Below, piece by piece: positions 46,059-55,689 of a stretch of DNA of 64,000 bases. Numbering within the stretch: position 1 is the stretch's first letter; the number at the start of each line of letters is the position of its first letter. Location: NCBI GenBank assembly GCA_022841705.1, contig JALHQZ010000005.1, positions 33,223 through 97,222 on the forward strand. Reading direction: 5' to 3'. A model generated the notes under the pieces. The model was not told where the DNA came from and made no database searches. It saw nothing but the letters and a program-made list of their open reading frames with translations. Made by a program: the position numbers and the translations under genes. Origin of the DNA: Pirellulales bacterium (GTDB taxonomy: Bacteria; Planctomycetota; Planctomycetia; Pirellulales; Lacipirellulaceae).

Positions 46059-49000
46059 ATGGAACTCGACCTGCTGAAGCGTTACCTCGACGAGCCCACG
46101 GTGGCGACGCCGTGGCTGCAAACTCTGCGGCTCACCAAGACCAAGAGCGGGCACGACAACCTGCGCCGCATTGCGGAAGCGGGGGTCTCGCTCGATTTGG
46201 TCGATACGCTGTGCGAACAGTTTAAGGCCGCCGCGCCGACGCTCGCCGACGCCGACATGGCGTGGAACAATTTGGAGCGGTTCATCGTGGCGGCGCGGAG
46301 TCCCCTGGCCACGGTGGCGCTGTTCGAGCGCGATCGCTCGGCGCTGCCCAACTTGCTCTCCCTGTTTGCGTCGAGTCAGTACCTGAGCGATTTGTTGGTG
46401 CGCGATCAGGAATGTTACGACCTGCTGCGGATGACAGAGGGTCGGCCGGTGGCCCGCGACGTGCTGGTCGAAGAGATCACCGGCGAAGTTCTAGTGCATC
46501 ACGATATCAACCAAGCGAGTCGCACACTGCGGCGTTGCAAGCGGCGCGAGACGCTGCGGATTGCCTATGGCGATATCGTGCGCGGGCAGGTGGTGAGCAC
46601 GGTCGCGCGGCAGATCTCGTTTCTGGCGGACGCGCTGATCGAGGCGGCGCTCGCGTTTTTGCGGCGGCAACTGGTGGCCAGGTATGGCGAACCGCGCGAC
46701 GCCAAGGGCGACCCCGTGCGATACTGCGTGCTGGCGCTCGGCAAATTGGGCGGGATCGAGCTGAACTACTCGAGCGATATCGATCTGGTATTGCTCTACG
46801 ATCACGACGGTCAAACCTCCGGCCCGCGACCGATTGAGAATCGCGAGTTCTTTGATCGGCTGAGTCGCGAGCTGGTGAAGCTGCTCTCGGAACAAACCGA
46901 GTTCGGCGCCGTCTATCGGGTGGACTTGCGGCTACGGCCCGAGGGAACCCGCGGACCGCTCTGCCCGAATCTCGAGCAGATGATCGCCTACTACGACGTG
47001 AAGGGGCGCACTTGGGAGCGGCAAGCGTATGTGAAAGCGCGGGCCGTGGCGGGGGACATTTCGCTCGGCGATGAACTCTTGCGGCGATTGGAGCCGTGGG
47101 TGTATCGCCGGTACTTGAGTCTCGCGGATATCACGGGGATCAAATCGCTGAAGGCCCGCATCGAACATCGCACGCTGCTAGAAGAAGGGGGTGAACGGAA
47201 TGTCAAGAACGGCCCCGGCGGGATTCGCGACATCGAGTTCGTGATCCAGTTCCTGCAACTGCTGAACGGTGGCACGCTGCCCGAGGTGCGCACCGGCAAC
47301 ACGCTGGAAGCGGTCGAGCGGCTCGCGAAGGCGGGGTGTCTCACGCATCAGGAGGCAACTCTGCTAAGCGATAACTACAGTTTTCTGCGAAAGGTCGAAC
47401 ACCGGCTGCAGATTATGTTCGATCTACAAACGCACACGCTCCCCGCTGAGCCGGACGAGCTGCGCAAGCTGGCCGTGCGGATGGGGTACGTCGGCACGCC
47501 GCACCGGCTGCCGCTGGATATGTTCCGCGGCGAATTGCGCGAGCGGACTGAAACGAACCGCAAGATGCTCGATCACCTGCTGAGCGATGCGTTCGGCGGC
47601 GACCCCACGGCGGAGCCCGAAGTTGACTTGGTGAATGATCCGAGCCCCAGCTTCGAGCGGATTGAAGAGGTCCTCGGCAAGTACCAGTTTGAAGACGCGC
47701 AAAATGCGTACGACAATCTGATGGAACTGGCGACCGAGCGGATTCGATTCCTCTCGACGCGGCGATGCCGGCATTTTTTGGCCTCGATCGCCCCGCGGCT
47801 GCTCACGGCGATTTCACGAACACCAGACCCCGACGGCACGCTGGTGAGTCTGTGTCGGGTGAGCGATTCGCTCGGCGGCAAAGCGGCGCTGTGGGAGCTG
47901 TTTAGTTCCAGCCAGGCGTCGCTGCAATTTTATGTGAAGCTGTGCGCGGCGTGTCCGTATCTTTCCAGCATCCTCACCAGCAACCCGGGGATGATCGACG
48001 AGTTGATGGACAGCCTGCTGGTGGAAAACCTGCCGACACTAGCGATGCTGGAAACCTCGCTGGCGGAACTGGTGCGCGGGGCGGAGGACTTATCACCAAT
48101 TCTGCTCAGTTTCAAAAGCGCCCAGCATTTGCGTGTGGGCGTGCGGGACATTGTGGGCAAGGACGACATCCGCGACACGCATGCGGCGCTGTCGGACATA
48201 GCCGAGTGTTGCCTCAAGGCGATCATCGAGCGGGAGTACCAATGGCTGGTGGACAAGTTTGGCGAGCCGACGATTGGTGAAATGCCCGAACCGACCGCGG
48301 AGAACATGGCGTATCGCAGCCGATTTGCGGAGCGCGTTGGCGAACGCTCGGAACTGGTGGTGCTGGCGCTCGGCAAGCTGGGCGGGCGGGAACCGAACTA
48401 TCACAGCGATCTCGATTTGATTTTTCTATACGAAGCGGAGGGGCAAACGTTCCATCGCAAGCGGGGAAAAACTTCGGGGCTCACCACCACCAACGGCCAC
48501 TTCTTCAGCGAGCTCGGCCAGCGCATCATCAAGGTCGCCAACCAAATCGGCCCGCTCGGCCGGCTGTACGAAGTCGACATGCGGTTGCGTCCCGCCGGCA
48601 AGAGCAGTCCGCTGGCGGCGCCGATTGATAGTTTGGCCCGCTACTTCGCCAGTGGCCGCGGGCAGTTGTGGGAACGGCAAACGCTATGCAAAGCGCGGGT
48701 GATCTTCGGCGCCCACCGCGCGGCGGCATACGCGATGCACACGGTAGTCGAAGCAGCCTACGGCCCCGCGTGGAAGCCGGAAATGGCCCGCGAGATTCGT
48801 GAGATGCGCGCACGACTCGAAGAGTCCGCCACGCCAGCGAACCTGAAGCGTGGCCCCGGCGGCGCGGTGGATACCGAGTTCCTGGTGCAGATGCTGCAAC
48901 TCAAACACGGTCACGAAAACCCCGCAGTGCGTGTGCCGGGGACGCTCGATGCGCTCACTGCACTCGAAGAACACAATTACCTCTCCAGCGGCGACGCCCA

Positions 49001-49226
49001 ATTCTTTCGCCAAGCGTACCGCTTCCAGCGCAGCGTCGAAGCGCGCATCCGCCTGATGAACGCCGCCGGCCGGCATGAATTTCCGAGCGACCCCGCGGAA
49101 CTGGCGAAGCTGGCGTACCTGCTGCGCGGGATTGACCCGACGCTGCTGCAGACCGAGGCGCTCGAGATCTTTGCGGAGACGCGGGAGCGGTTTGAGCGAT
49201 TGTTCGCCGCAGCGGCGGAAAGCTAA
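46059..49226 (+). CDS. glnE: bifunctional glutamine synthetase adenylyltransferase/adenylyl-removing enzyme
   Basis: 1055 aa with two GlnE nucleotidyltransferase repeats (GKLGGIELNYSSDIDLVLLYD and GKLGGREPNYHSDLDLIFLYE), each followed by GlnE-C helical domains (VDLRLRPEG / VDMRLRPAG). Confidence 0.9.
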   Translation: MELDLLKRYLDEPTVATPWLQTLRLTKTKSGHDNLRRIAEAGVSLDLVDTLCEQFKAAAPTLADADMAWNNLERFIVAARSPLATVALFERDRSALPNLLSLFASSQYLSDLLVRDQECYDLLRMTEGRPVARDVLVEEITGEVLVHHDINQASRTLRRCKRRETLRIAYGDIVRGQVVSTVARQISFLADALIEAALAFLRRQLVARYGEPRDAKGDPVRYCVLALGKLGGIELNYSSDIDLVLLYDHDGQTSGPRPIENREFFDRLSRELVKLLSEQTEFGAVYRVDLRLRPEGTRGPLCPNLEQMIAYYDVKGRTWERQAYVKARAVAGDISLGDELLRRLEPWVYRRYLSLADITGIKSLKARIEHRTLLEEGGERNVKNGPGGIRDIEFVIQFLQLLNGGTLPEVRTGNTLEAVERLAKAGCLTHQEATLLSDNYSFLRKVEHRLQIMFDLQTHTLPAEPDELRKLAVRMGYVGTPHRLPLDMFRGELRERTETNRKMLDHLLSDAFGGDPTAEPEVDLVNDPSPSFERIEEVLGKYQFEDAQNAYDNLMELATERIRFLSTRRCRHFLASIAPRLLTAISRTPDPDGTLVSLCRVSDSLGGKAALWELFSSSQASLQFYVKLCAACPYLSSILTSNPGMIDELMDSLLVENLPTLAMLETSLAELVRGAEDLSPILLSFKSAQHLRVGVRDIVGKDDIRDTHAALSDIAECCLKAIIEREYQWLVDKFGEPTIGEMPEPTAENMAYRSRFAERVGERSELVVLALGKLGGREPNYHSDLDLIFLYEAEGQTFHRKRGKTSGLTTTNGHFFSELGQRIIKVANQIGPLGRLYEVDMRLRPAGKSSPLAAPIDSLARYFASGRGQLWERQTLCKARVIFGAHRAAAYAMHTVVEAAYGPAWKPEMAREIREMRARLEESATPANLKRGPGGAVDTEFLVQMLQLKHGHENPAVRVPGTLDALTALEEHNYLSSGDAQFFRQAYRFQRSVEARIRLMNAAGRHEFPSDPAELAKLAYLLRGIDPTLLQTEALEIFAETRERFERLFAAAAES

Positions 49227-49239
49227 TCCCTTAAGAAAA

Positions 49240-49408
49240 GAAGCTTAACCACAGAGAAGACACAGAGAAAGGAAAAAGAGAAGGAAGGAAAAATTGGCAG
49301 ATGCCTATTCTACCGTTCGATCGCTGGTAAGTTGGAAAGAAACTGCCCAAGGAGACCATCCCTCTCTTTCCCTCTGTCCGTCCTCCGTGATCTCTGTGGT
49401 TAAGCTTC
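49240..49408. repeat. ~170-bp intergenic purine-rich element with an 18-bp perfect terminal inverted repeat (GAAGCTTAACCACAGAGA) extended by degenerate AG-rich/CT-rich arms
   Basis: It lies between the glnE stop (49226) and the bamA start (49537) in a low-GC patch. Confidence 0.8.
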
Positions 49409-49536
49409 TCTTTGGTCATTATCGCCGGTAAGTGCTAGCACCTCACGGCGGCTTCTCTTGTAACTTTCACCCGCTTCCGCTAAATCTCTCCCCGCTTGCG
49501 GGTGCGCGGATTTTGTGCGCCGGCTTGCCGACCTTG

Positions 49537-52500
49537 ATGGGCCACTTTCCGAGAGATTTTGTGCCGCAAACTCTTCACAGACTGCTCTTCAGCTTAAGCC
49601 TGGTAGCACTTGTGCTTGCGCCGGCCGCGGGGCAAGCGCCGACGCCGGGGACTCCCTCGGCCCGGTCGCTCTTTGGCGATGAGGAACGGAAACCCATTGT
49701 GCCGGGGCCTTCGGAATTCGCCACCAACGAGCCGGTGATCGATGTGGTGATTGAAGGGAACAAAAGCGTTCCCACCAATCGCATTACAGCCCAGATGGGC
49801 ACCCGCATCGGCCGGCCGTATGACCCCAAAATGGTGCAGCGCGACGTGCGGCTGCTCGCGGGGCTACCGTACTTTGTAAGCGTTCACCCCTTCACGCAGC
49901 AAACCAGCGAAGGGTGGATCGTCACGCTTCGAGTGGTCGAACGGCCCACCATTAAGTACGTCGAGTACCTCGGCAACAAGAAGGTCCGCAACAGTAAGCT
50001 CGCTAAGGAGACGGGCCTACAAGTCGGCGGGGCGGTGGATCCGTTTGCAGTGGAAGAGGGCCGGCGCAAAATCCAAGAGCTATACGAAAACAAGGGCTTC
50101 GCCCGCGTGCAGGTGGAGATTCTCGAAGGCCAAAAACCCCAGGACCAAGGGGTGGTCTATGTGATTAACGAAGGGGGCAAGCAAAAAGTTTGGGGCGTGG
50201 AGTTCGAAGGGAACGAGTTCGCCAGCGACGGCCAGCTTGAAACCAAAATCGAATCGAAACCCGGCTGGACGTGGCCCCTCTTCCCCGGCAAGTTCATTCG
50301 CGAAACGCTGGACGAAGACACCAACAAGCTAATTTCCTACTACCGCTCCTACGGTTTCTTCCAAGCGAAGGTGGGCCGCACGGTGGAATTCGGCGAGAGC
50401 GGCACATGGGCGACCATCAAGTTCGTCATTCACGAAGGGCCGCGCTACAACGTGCGGAATGTTACTTTCCAAGGCAACACAAAATTCGCCAGCGAGTCGA
50501 TCGCCATGGGGATCGAACTCCCCGGCGGCAAGCCGTTCGAACAAGCGGTGATGAATGGCGACACCGAATGGATCAAGCAGCTTTACGGCAGCCAAGGGTA
50601 CGTGTTTGCCGACATCCGCGCGGAGCCCGTCTTTTTGGAAGAGCCAGGGCAACTTGACCTGGTGTACCACATTGAAGAGGGCAAGCGCTGGCGCGTGGGC
50701 CGCATCTTCGTGAACATCAATGGCGAAAATCCTCACACGCGGATTCAAACCGTCTTGAATCGGCTTTCAATCACGCCGGGCGAGATTGTTGACACCCGCG
50801 AATTCCTGGCGAGCGAACGCCGGTTGCGCGCGAGCAGTCTGTTCCTTAGCGATCCGCAGCGCGGGGTGATGCCCAAAATCACGTACCGCATCCCGGAACT
50901 CAGCGACACCGAATTCACGGCCGACAGCGGCGGCTCGCCTAACTTCCGCGGCCAAAGCCCCGACCAAACGCCACAGGTACGACAACTGGCGGCCGGGCAG
51001 TACGAAGTCCATCGGCCGACGACGGAGAATATCGCCGACACCGCCGATCCGAACGACGAGTACGTGGACATCTATTTGGAAGATGCGCCGGGTGTGAATG
51101 CCGCGTCCGCTGCGCCAATCAACAGTGTGTATGCGGCGCTGCCTGTTCCGCCGGTTGATGCGCCGGCGCCGACAGTGCTCGACCGCATCCAGCGCGCGTT
51201 CTTTGGCGATGCCCCCGCGCCGCCGAGCGATCCGTTTCTGCAAACCGCCGCCGAAGGCGCCGCGCTGCAAGCGGCGCCGATCGCAACTACGAACACGCCC
51301 GCGGAACAACAGCGGTACATCGTCTACTATCCCCCAGCGGCGGGGGGAACGGGGTGGCAATCGGCGCCCCCTTCTCAACAGACGCTGGCGCAACAACCCA
51401 CGTCGCAGCAACCGGTTCAACCGCAGCAACCATTCGTTCAGCAGCAACCGGTTCAACAACAGCCCGTGCAGCAATCGATCTACGGTGGCTTGCCGGTCGG
51501 AGCCGCTGGTCCGGGTGAAGGTTCCGCTCCGGTGCAGCCAGTGCAGTTCGCGGAACCGCTGCCTGTGCCGCCGGCCGGCGCCTATCCGGCAGCGCCCCCC
51601 ACTTACGGCACGCCCTACAATCAACCTCCGCCGCAAATGATTCCAGCGCCGATGCCCAATGCCGGCGCGCCGCCAATCGCCAATTCAGGCGAACTGTTCC
51701 CCGGCCCGCAGTTTGGTTCGGCCGGCACGTACAACGATGACGCAGTGGACGTGATTGTCGATGTGGAAGAAACCCAAACCGGCCGCTTTATGGTGGGCGT
51801 GGGGGTGAACTCCAACGCCGGGGTGGTGGGGCAGATCGTGCTCGACGAACGGAACTTCGATTGGCGCCGCCCACCGACCAGTTTTCAAGAAGTGCTTGAT
51901 GGCACCGCGTGGCGCGGCAACGGCGAAGGCTTTCGCTTGGAAGCGGCGCCCGGGACGCAAGTACAGCGGTACCTCGCGAGCTGGCAGAATCCGTACTTCC
52001 TCGATACACCCACCAGCTTAAGCCTGAGCGGTTCGTACTTCGACCGCATTTACGAAGATTGGAACGAAACCCGCGTCGGCGGCCGCGTGGGCTGGGGGTA
52101 CCAGTGGACGGAGAACGATGTGAGCGGCTCGCTCACTTACCGCGGTGAGCAGGTTGAGATTCGCAACATCGATCAATCGCTCCCCGGCGCCCCGCAAGAA
52201 CTGCTCGACACCGAAGGTTACAACGCGGTTCACGGCTTCGGCATCCGCGTGGCGAACGACACGCGCGACAACCCGTTCCTGGCGACCGAAGGTCATTTGC
52301 TCGACTTCACCGTTGAACAAGTGGTCGGCAGCTTCACCTATCCCCGCGCGACGATCGACGCCCACAAATACTTCCTCTTGCGTGAACGGCCCGACCACTC
52401 CGGCCGCCATGTGCTCACGCTCCGCTCGATGGTGGGTGTCACTGGCTCCAACACGCCGGTGTACGACAACTTCTTCGCCGGGGGCTTTAGCACGCTCCGC

Positions 52501-52818
52501 GGCTTCGACTTCCGCGGCGCCTCGCCCGTGAAAGGGAACTCCACCATCGGGGGCCAGTTCATGTGGATCAACACCGTCGAATACATGTTCCCGCTCACGG
52601 CGGACGACATGATTCACGGGGTGACGTTTGTCGACTTCGGCACCGTAGAAGAAAACGTGACGATTAACGATTTCCGCGTGGCGCCGGGGGTCGGTCTCCG
52701 CATCACCATCCCCGCGATGGGCCCCGCCCCGATCGCGCTGGACTTCGCGTGGCCCGTGCAAGACGCCGATTTCGACGACAATCAGGTGTTCACGTTTAAC
52801 ATCGGGTTTATGCGGTAG
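49537..52818 (+). CDS. bamA: outer membrane protein assembly factor (Omp85/D15 family) with a large P/Q-rich insertion
   Basis: Start trimmed to MGHFPRDFVPQTLHRLLFSLSLVALVLAPAAGQA (signal peptide). POTRA repeats (VIEGNKSVPTNRI, VEFEGNEFASDGQL, VTFQGNTKFAS) precede a C-terminal 16-strand barrel region ending ...QVFTFNIGF. A ~270-aa low-complexity P/Q/A-rich segment (nt ~50900-51710) lies between the POTRA domains and the barrel. Confidence 0.85.
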   Translation: MGHFPRDFVPQTLHRLLFSLSLVALVLAPAAGQAPTPGTPSARSLFGDEERKPIVPGPSEFATNEPVIDVVIEGNKSVPTNRITAQMGTRIGRPYDPKMVQRDVRLLAGLPYFVSVHPFTQQTSEGWIVTLRVVERPTIKYVEYLGNKKVRNSKLAKETGLQVGGAVDPFAVEEGRRKIQELYENKGFARVQVEILEGQKPQDQGVVYVINEGGKQKVWGVEFEGNEFASDGQLETKIESKPGWTWPLFPGKFIRETLDEDTNKLISYYRSYGFFQAKVGRTVEFGESGTWATIKFVIHEGPRYNVRNVTFQGNTKFASESIAMGIELPGGKPFEQAVMNGDTEWIKQLYGSQGYVFADIRAEPVFLEEPGQLDLVYHIEEGKRWRVGRIFVNINGENPHTRIQTVLNRLSITPGEIVDTREFLASERRLRASSLFLSDPQRGVMPKITYRIPELSDTEFTADSGGSPNFRGQSPDQTPQVRQLAAGQYEVHRPTTENIADTADPNDEYVDIYLEDAPGVNAASAAPINSVYAALPVPPVDAPAPTVLDRIQRAFFGDAPAPPSDPFLQTAAEGAALQAAPIATTNTPAEQQRYIVYYPPAAGGTGWQSAPPSQQTLAQQPTSQQPVQPQQPFVQQQPVQQQPVQQSIYGGLPVGAAGPGEGSAPVQPVQFAEPLPVPPAGAYPAAPPTYGTPYNQPPPQMIPAPMPNAGAPPIANSGELFPGPQFGSAGTYNDDAVDVIVDVEETQTGRFMVGVGVNSNAGVVGQIVLDERNFDWRRPPTSFQEVLDGTAWRGNGEGFRLEAAPGTQVQRYLASWQNPYFLDTPTSLSLSGSYFDRIYEDWNETRVGGRVGWGYQWTENDVSGSLTYRGEQVEIRNIDQSLPGAPQELLDTEGYNAVHGFGIRVANDTRDNPFLATEGHLLDFTVEQVVGSFTYPRATIDAHKYFLLRERPDHSGRHVLTLRSMVGVTGSNTPVYDNFFAGGFSTLRGFDFRGASPVKGNSTIGGQFMWINTVEYMFPLTADDMIHGVTFVDFGTVEENVTINDFRVAPGVGLRITIPAMGPAPIALDFAWPVQDADFDDNQVFTFNIGFMR

Positions 52819-53192
52819 CTGTGGAGTTATGAATAGCGAGGTGCAAGGTGTGAGGACTTTACCTTCCGCTCACATCTAGCCGTTTTCACACTTCACCTTC
52901 TCGAGCACGACTTGCCGCTTACCACGGGGCTTGGCTCCGGAGCGAATCAGGGAGTGGCAAACGGGGGTTCCCAGGTTTCACGTCGGTGCGGATCACAAAT
53001 TTGACAATCGATGGCGAAGCGGCAGGCCTCCATTCCTCACTCTCGGAGGCGCAAGGGACCGTTGAAAAACGTCAAGCAACTCTGCTGGCGCTTGACACAT
53101 GAGATAAGCAGCGAGTCCAATAAATCGTACTCTCAGCTTGGATCGGTTCTAGGCTCCTTTCCTACGCGTTCTATCGGCCAAAGTGCTCCGTC

Positions 53193-54536
53193 ATGGTGCT
53201 CTCTCTTTGTCGTGGGCGACTGTTGCTCGCCGCGCTGACTCTTCTCGCCGATGTTCACGCTTTGGCGGAATCGCCCCCGAGCGAGATCCGGCTGTCGCGA
53301 TCTGCTTATCGCGAGCGACTTGCCGGGTTCTGGTTGGGCCAAACCATTGCCAACTGGACGGGGCTGGTGACCGAAAACAAACGGACCGATGCGCCGTTCT
53401 TCACCGACGCCGATTGGGGTGGCTACGCCACGTGGGAACGAGGGGCCTCGACCGAGGGCGCTCCTCGCATTGAGCTCGTCTTGGTCGGGCGCGGCAAGCC
53501 CTGGGGCGCTGATGACGACACCGACATCGAATACATGTACCAGCACCTGGTCGAGCATTCGCCGACCTTGGTTCTCTCGCCCGAGCAAATTCGCGCCGGT
53601 TGGCTTAAGCACATCTACTCGAACGATGACGCCCCGATTCCGCCTGGCGGTCAACAGCGCGAGAATTTCTTGTGGGTCTCGAACGAAAGCGCCTACGACC
53701 TGATGCGGGTCGACGGAATGCTGCCGCCTGAGACAAGCGAGCCCGCGAATAATCCCAACTACGACCAGATCGATGCGCAGTTGACGACCGAGATGTTTGG
53801 ACTCCTCGCCCCCGGTCGGCCGGACGTGGCGCTGCGGTTAGGACATTTGCCCGTTCGCACCACCGCCAAGGACGACGCCGAGTGGATCGCCAAGTTCTAC
53901 ATCGAGATGCACTCGATCATCGCCAACAGCGACCCCGCCAAGCCGCTGGGCCCGCGCATGCGCGCTGCGGCAGAGCAGGCCCGCCGTCGGCTACCGCAGG
54001 GAAGCTATGCCGCGGCGATGTACGACTTCGTCAAGGAGTCGTACGACGCGAATCCTGACCACGAGAACTGGGAGTTGACCCGCGATGCGGTGTATGAACG
54101 GTACCAGCTCGCAGCGAGCGATGGCTACAAGTACCGCAATCCGTGGGACGCGGGCATCAACTTCGCGTCAAGTCTCATCAGCCTGTTCTATGGTGACGGC
54201 GACTACTTGCGAACAATCCAGATCGGCTCGCTGGCCGGATGGGATTCAGATAATCCCACCGCTACTTGGGGCGGATTGATTGGATTTGCGATCGGTCCGG
54301 ACGGAATCGCACGCGCTGTCGGACGCAGCGATTTGTCGGGATCTTACTGGATCCATCGCACTCGCCGAGCATTCCCCGATCAAACTCCCGACGTAGAGGG
54401 TGAGGATACTTTCCCGCAAATGGCGGAGCGCGGCGTCTCAATCGTAGACCGAGTTGTCGTTGAGCTCGCCGGCGGCGCTATCGACCAGGCGACTGACGAG
54501 TGGCGGATTCCGACGTATGCCGAACGCCTCCCCTAG
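53193..54536 (+). CDS. secreted ADP-ribosylglycohydrolase-family-like protein
   Basis: It has a signal peptide. LAGFWLGQTIANWTGL resembles the N-terminal ADPRH motif and GWDSDNPTATWGGLIGFAIG the C-terminal GGDTD..AAI.GAL.G motif. The call is tentative. Confidence 0.4.
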   Translation: MVLSLCRGRLLLAALTLLADVHALAESPPSEIRLSRSAYRERLAGFWLGQTIANWTGLVTENKRTDAPFFTDADWGGYATWERGASTEGAPRIELVLVGRGKPWGADDDTDIEYMYQHLVEHSPTLVLSPEQIRAGWLKHIYSNDDAPIPPGGQQRENFLWVSNESAYDLMRVDGMLPPETSEPANNPNYDQIDAQLTTEMFGLLAPGRPDVALRLGHLPVRTTAKDDAEWIAKFYIEMHSIIANSDPAKPLGPRMRAAAEQARRRLPQGSYAAAMYDFVKESYDANPDHENWELTRDAVYERYQLAASDGYKYRNPWDAGINFASSLISLFYGDGDYLRTIQIGSLAGWDSDNPTATWGGLIGFAIGPDGIARAVGRSDLSGSYWIHRTRRAFPDQTPDVEGEDTFPQMAERGVSIVDRVVVELAGGAIDQATDEWRIPTYAERLP

Positions 54537-54796
54537 TATCGCCGCTGGCGATCCCAGCGGATCGTGTCGCCGTTGATGTCGCGGTGCCACTGGACCGTGG
54601 GATAGAAGTGCTCGGCGCCAAACCAACCCCAGCGGTACTGCGGGTTCACTTGCGCGTAGTTGGGCCAACCGGCAAAGGGCGCTGTTGCTTGTGTTGGTTG
54701 CTGCACCGGGAAGGGCCCGTTGGAGTACGGACCGGCGGAGAGCATGCTCGAAGCGGCGAGTAAACAACCGAGCGTCAGTGCGGTGCGAGTGATCAT
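54533..54796 (-). CDS. small secreted hypothetical protein
   Basis: Start trimmed to MITRTALTLGCLLAASSMLSAG (signal peptide) in an 87-aa W/Y/Q-rich mature peptide. Confidence 0.4.
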   Translation of the reverse strand: MITRTALTLGCLLAASSMLSAGPYSNGPFPVQQPTQATAPFAGWPNYAQVNPQYRWGWFGAEHFYPTVQWHRDINGDTIRWDRQRRY

Positions 54797-54820
54797 CTTT
54801 CGCTTCCTTGCGATCTGTTT

Positions 54821-54906
54821 ATCAGCCGGCACGCGCTAGCGTCCGGTCGATGCGAGTTGGGTCAAACCCGCTTTGAACGACCGGGGGCTAGCGCCCGGCG
54901 GCTGAT
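54821..54906. repeat. REP-like hairpin element, family A copy 3 (chimeric arms)
   Basis: The right arm is 31/31 identical to the copy-1 right arm. The left arm is of the copy-2 type, so the stem has ~5 mismatches. It lies between two minus-strand secreted-protein genes. Confidence 0.8.
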
Positions 54907-54917
54907 GAGGTGATTAG

Positions 54918-55478
54918 TTAATTCGCCAGCGCCTCGGCGGCGTTGAACATCGCTCCGCAGTGGGGACACTTCACTTGTTGGTTGGGCAGTTCGTACTGCA
55001 ACGGCGGGCCATTCGGTTGCGGTGGAGCTTGTTGCGCCACATCGGGTGGCGCCGCGCCGTAAAACTGCGAAGCCACCGCCCCCGGCGTGCCATATAAGTT
55101 GCCGAAGTACGGGGCGTAACCGCCCCCGTACCGCATGCGGTAATAATCGAGGTGATACGGATAAGGTCTTTGGAATGAACCGGCCTGAACGTTCGGCGCC
55201 GGCCCGTTCCACACGTTGATTTGATTACCGCCCCAGCCGTTATTCCAACCGGGGCCCCAACCTTGGTTCCAGCCCGGACCCCAGTTGTTAGCCCAACCAG
55301 GCCCCCAACCAGCGCCCGCGTGCATCTGGTACACCGGTGCTTGGCCCCAAGCCACAGTCGCTAGCACGAAAAATGCTGGCGCAATCCACAACTTGGTAAA
55401 CCCACTTCGTTTGGTAAACACTGTCGGTCCCGCAAAGAGTATCGAAGAGGTAAGTACCGTAACTTTCAGAATAGCCAC
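54918..55478 (-). CDS. secreted GW-repeat protein with a C-terminal CPHC zinc-ribbon-like motif
   Basis: It contains the repeat GWGPGWANNWGPGWNQGWGPGWNNGWGG and a Y/G-rich segment. Confidence 0.45.
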   Translation of the reverse strand: MAILKVTVLTSSILFAGPTVFTKRSGFTKLWIAPAFFVLATVAWGQAPVYQMHAGAGWGPGWANNWGPGWNQGWGPGWNNGWGGNQINVWNGPAPNVQAGSFQRPYPYHLDYYRMRYGGGYAPYFGNLYGTPGAVASQFYGAAPPDVAQQAPPQPNGPPLQYELPNQQVKCPHCGAMFNAAEALAN

Positions 55479-55689
55479 GGCAATCGGGAAATGGGACAGC
55501 TAGCAGTGGAAACTCGGGCAGAGTGGGTGGGCCGGGGGGCCGGTTGTAGGGGTGGCCGGGGTCGGCGCGTCAGCCGCCCCCAGCCGGGGTGGAATGGCCC
55601 CTTGCGAATTCACGGTCACGAACCCGTTGCAGGGGACGCTCAGTCGGCACGGCTGAGGGCGGCGAAAGCGCCGACCCCAGCCACCCACC

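Noticed and set aside
51350-51480. Repetitive CAGCAACCGGTTCAACC-type DNA
   Set aside because: It is in frame within bamA and encodes the Q/P-rich low-complexity insert. It is a coding microsatellite-like repeat, not a mobile or intergenic repeat.
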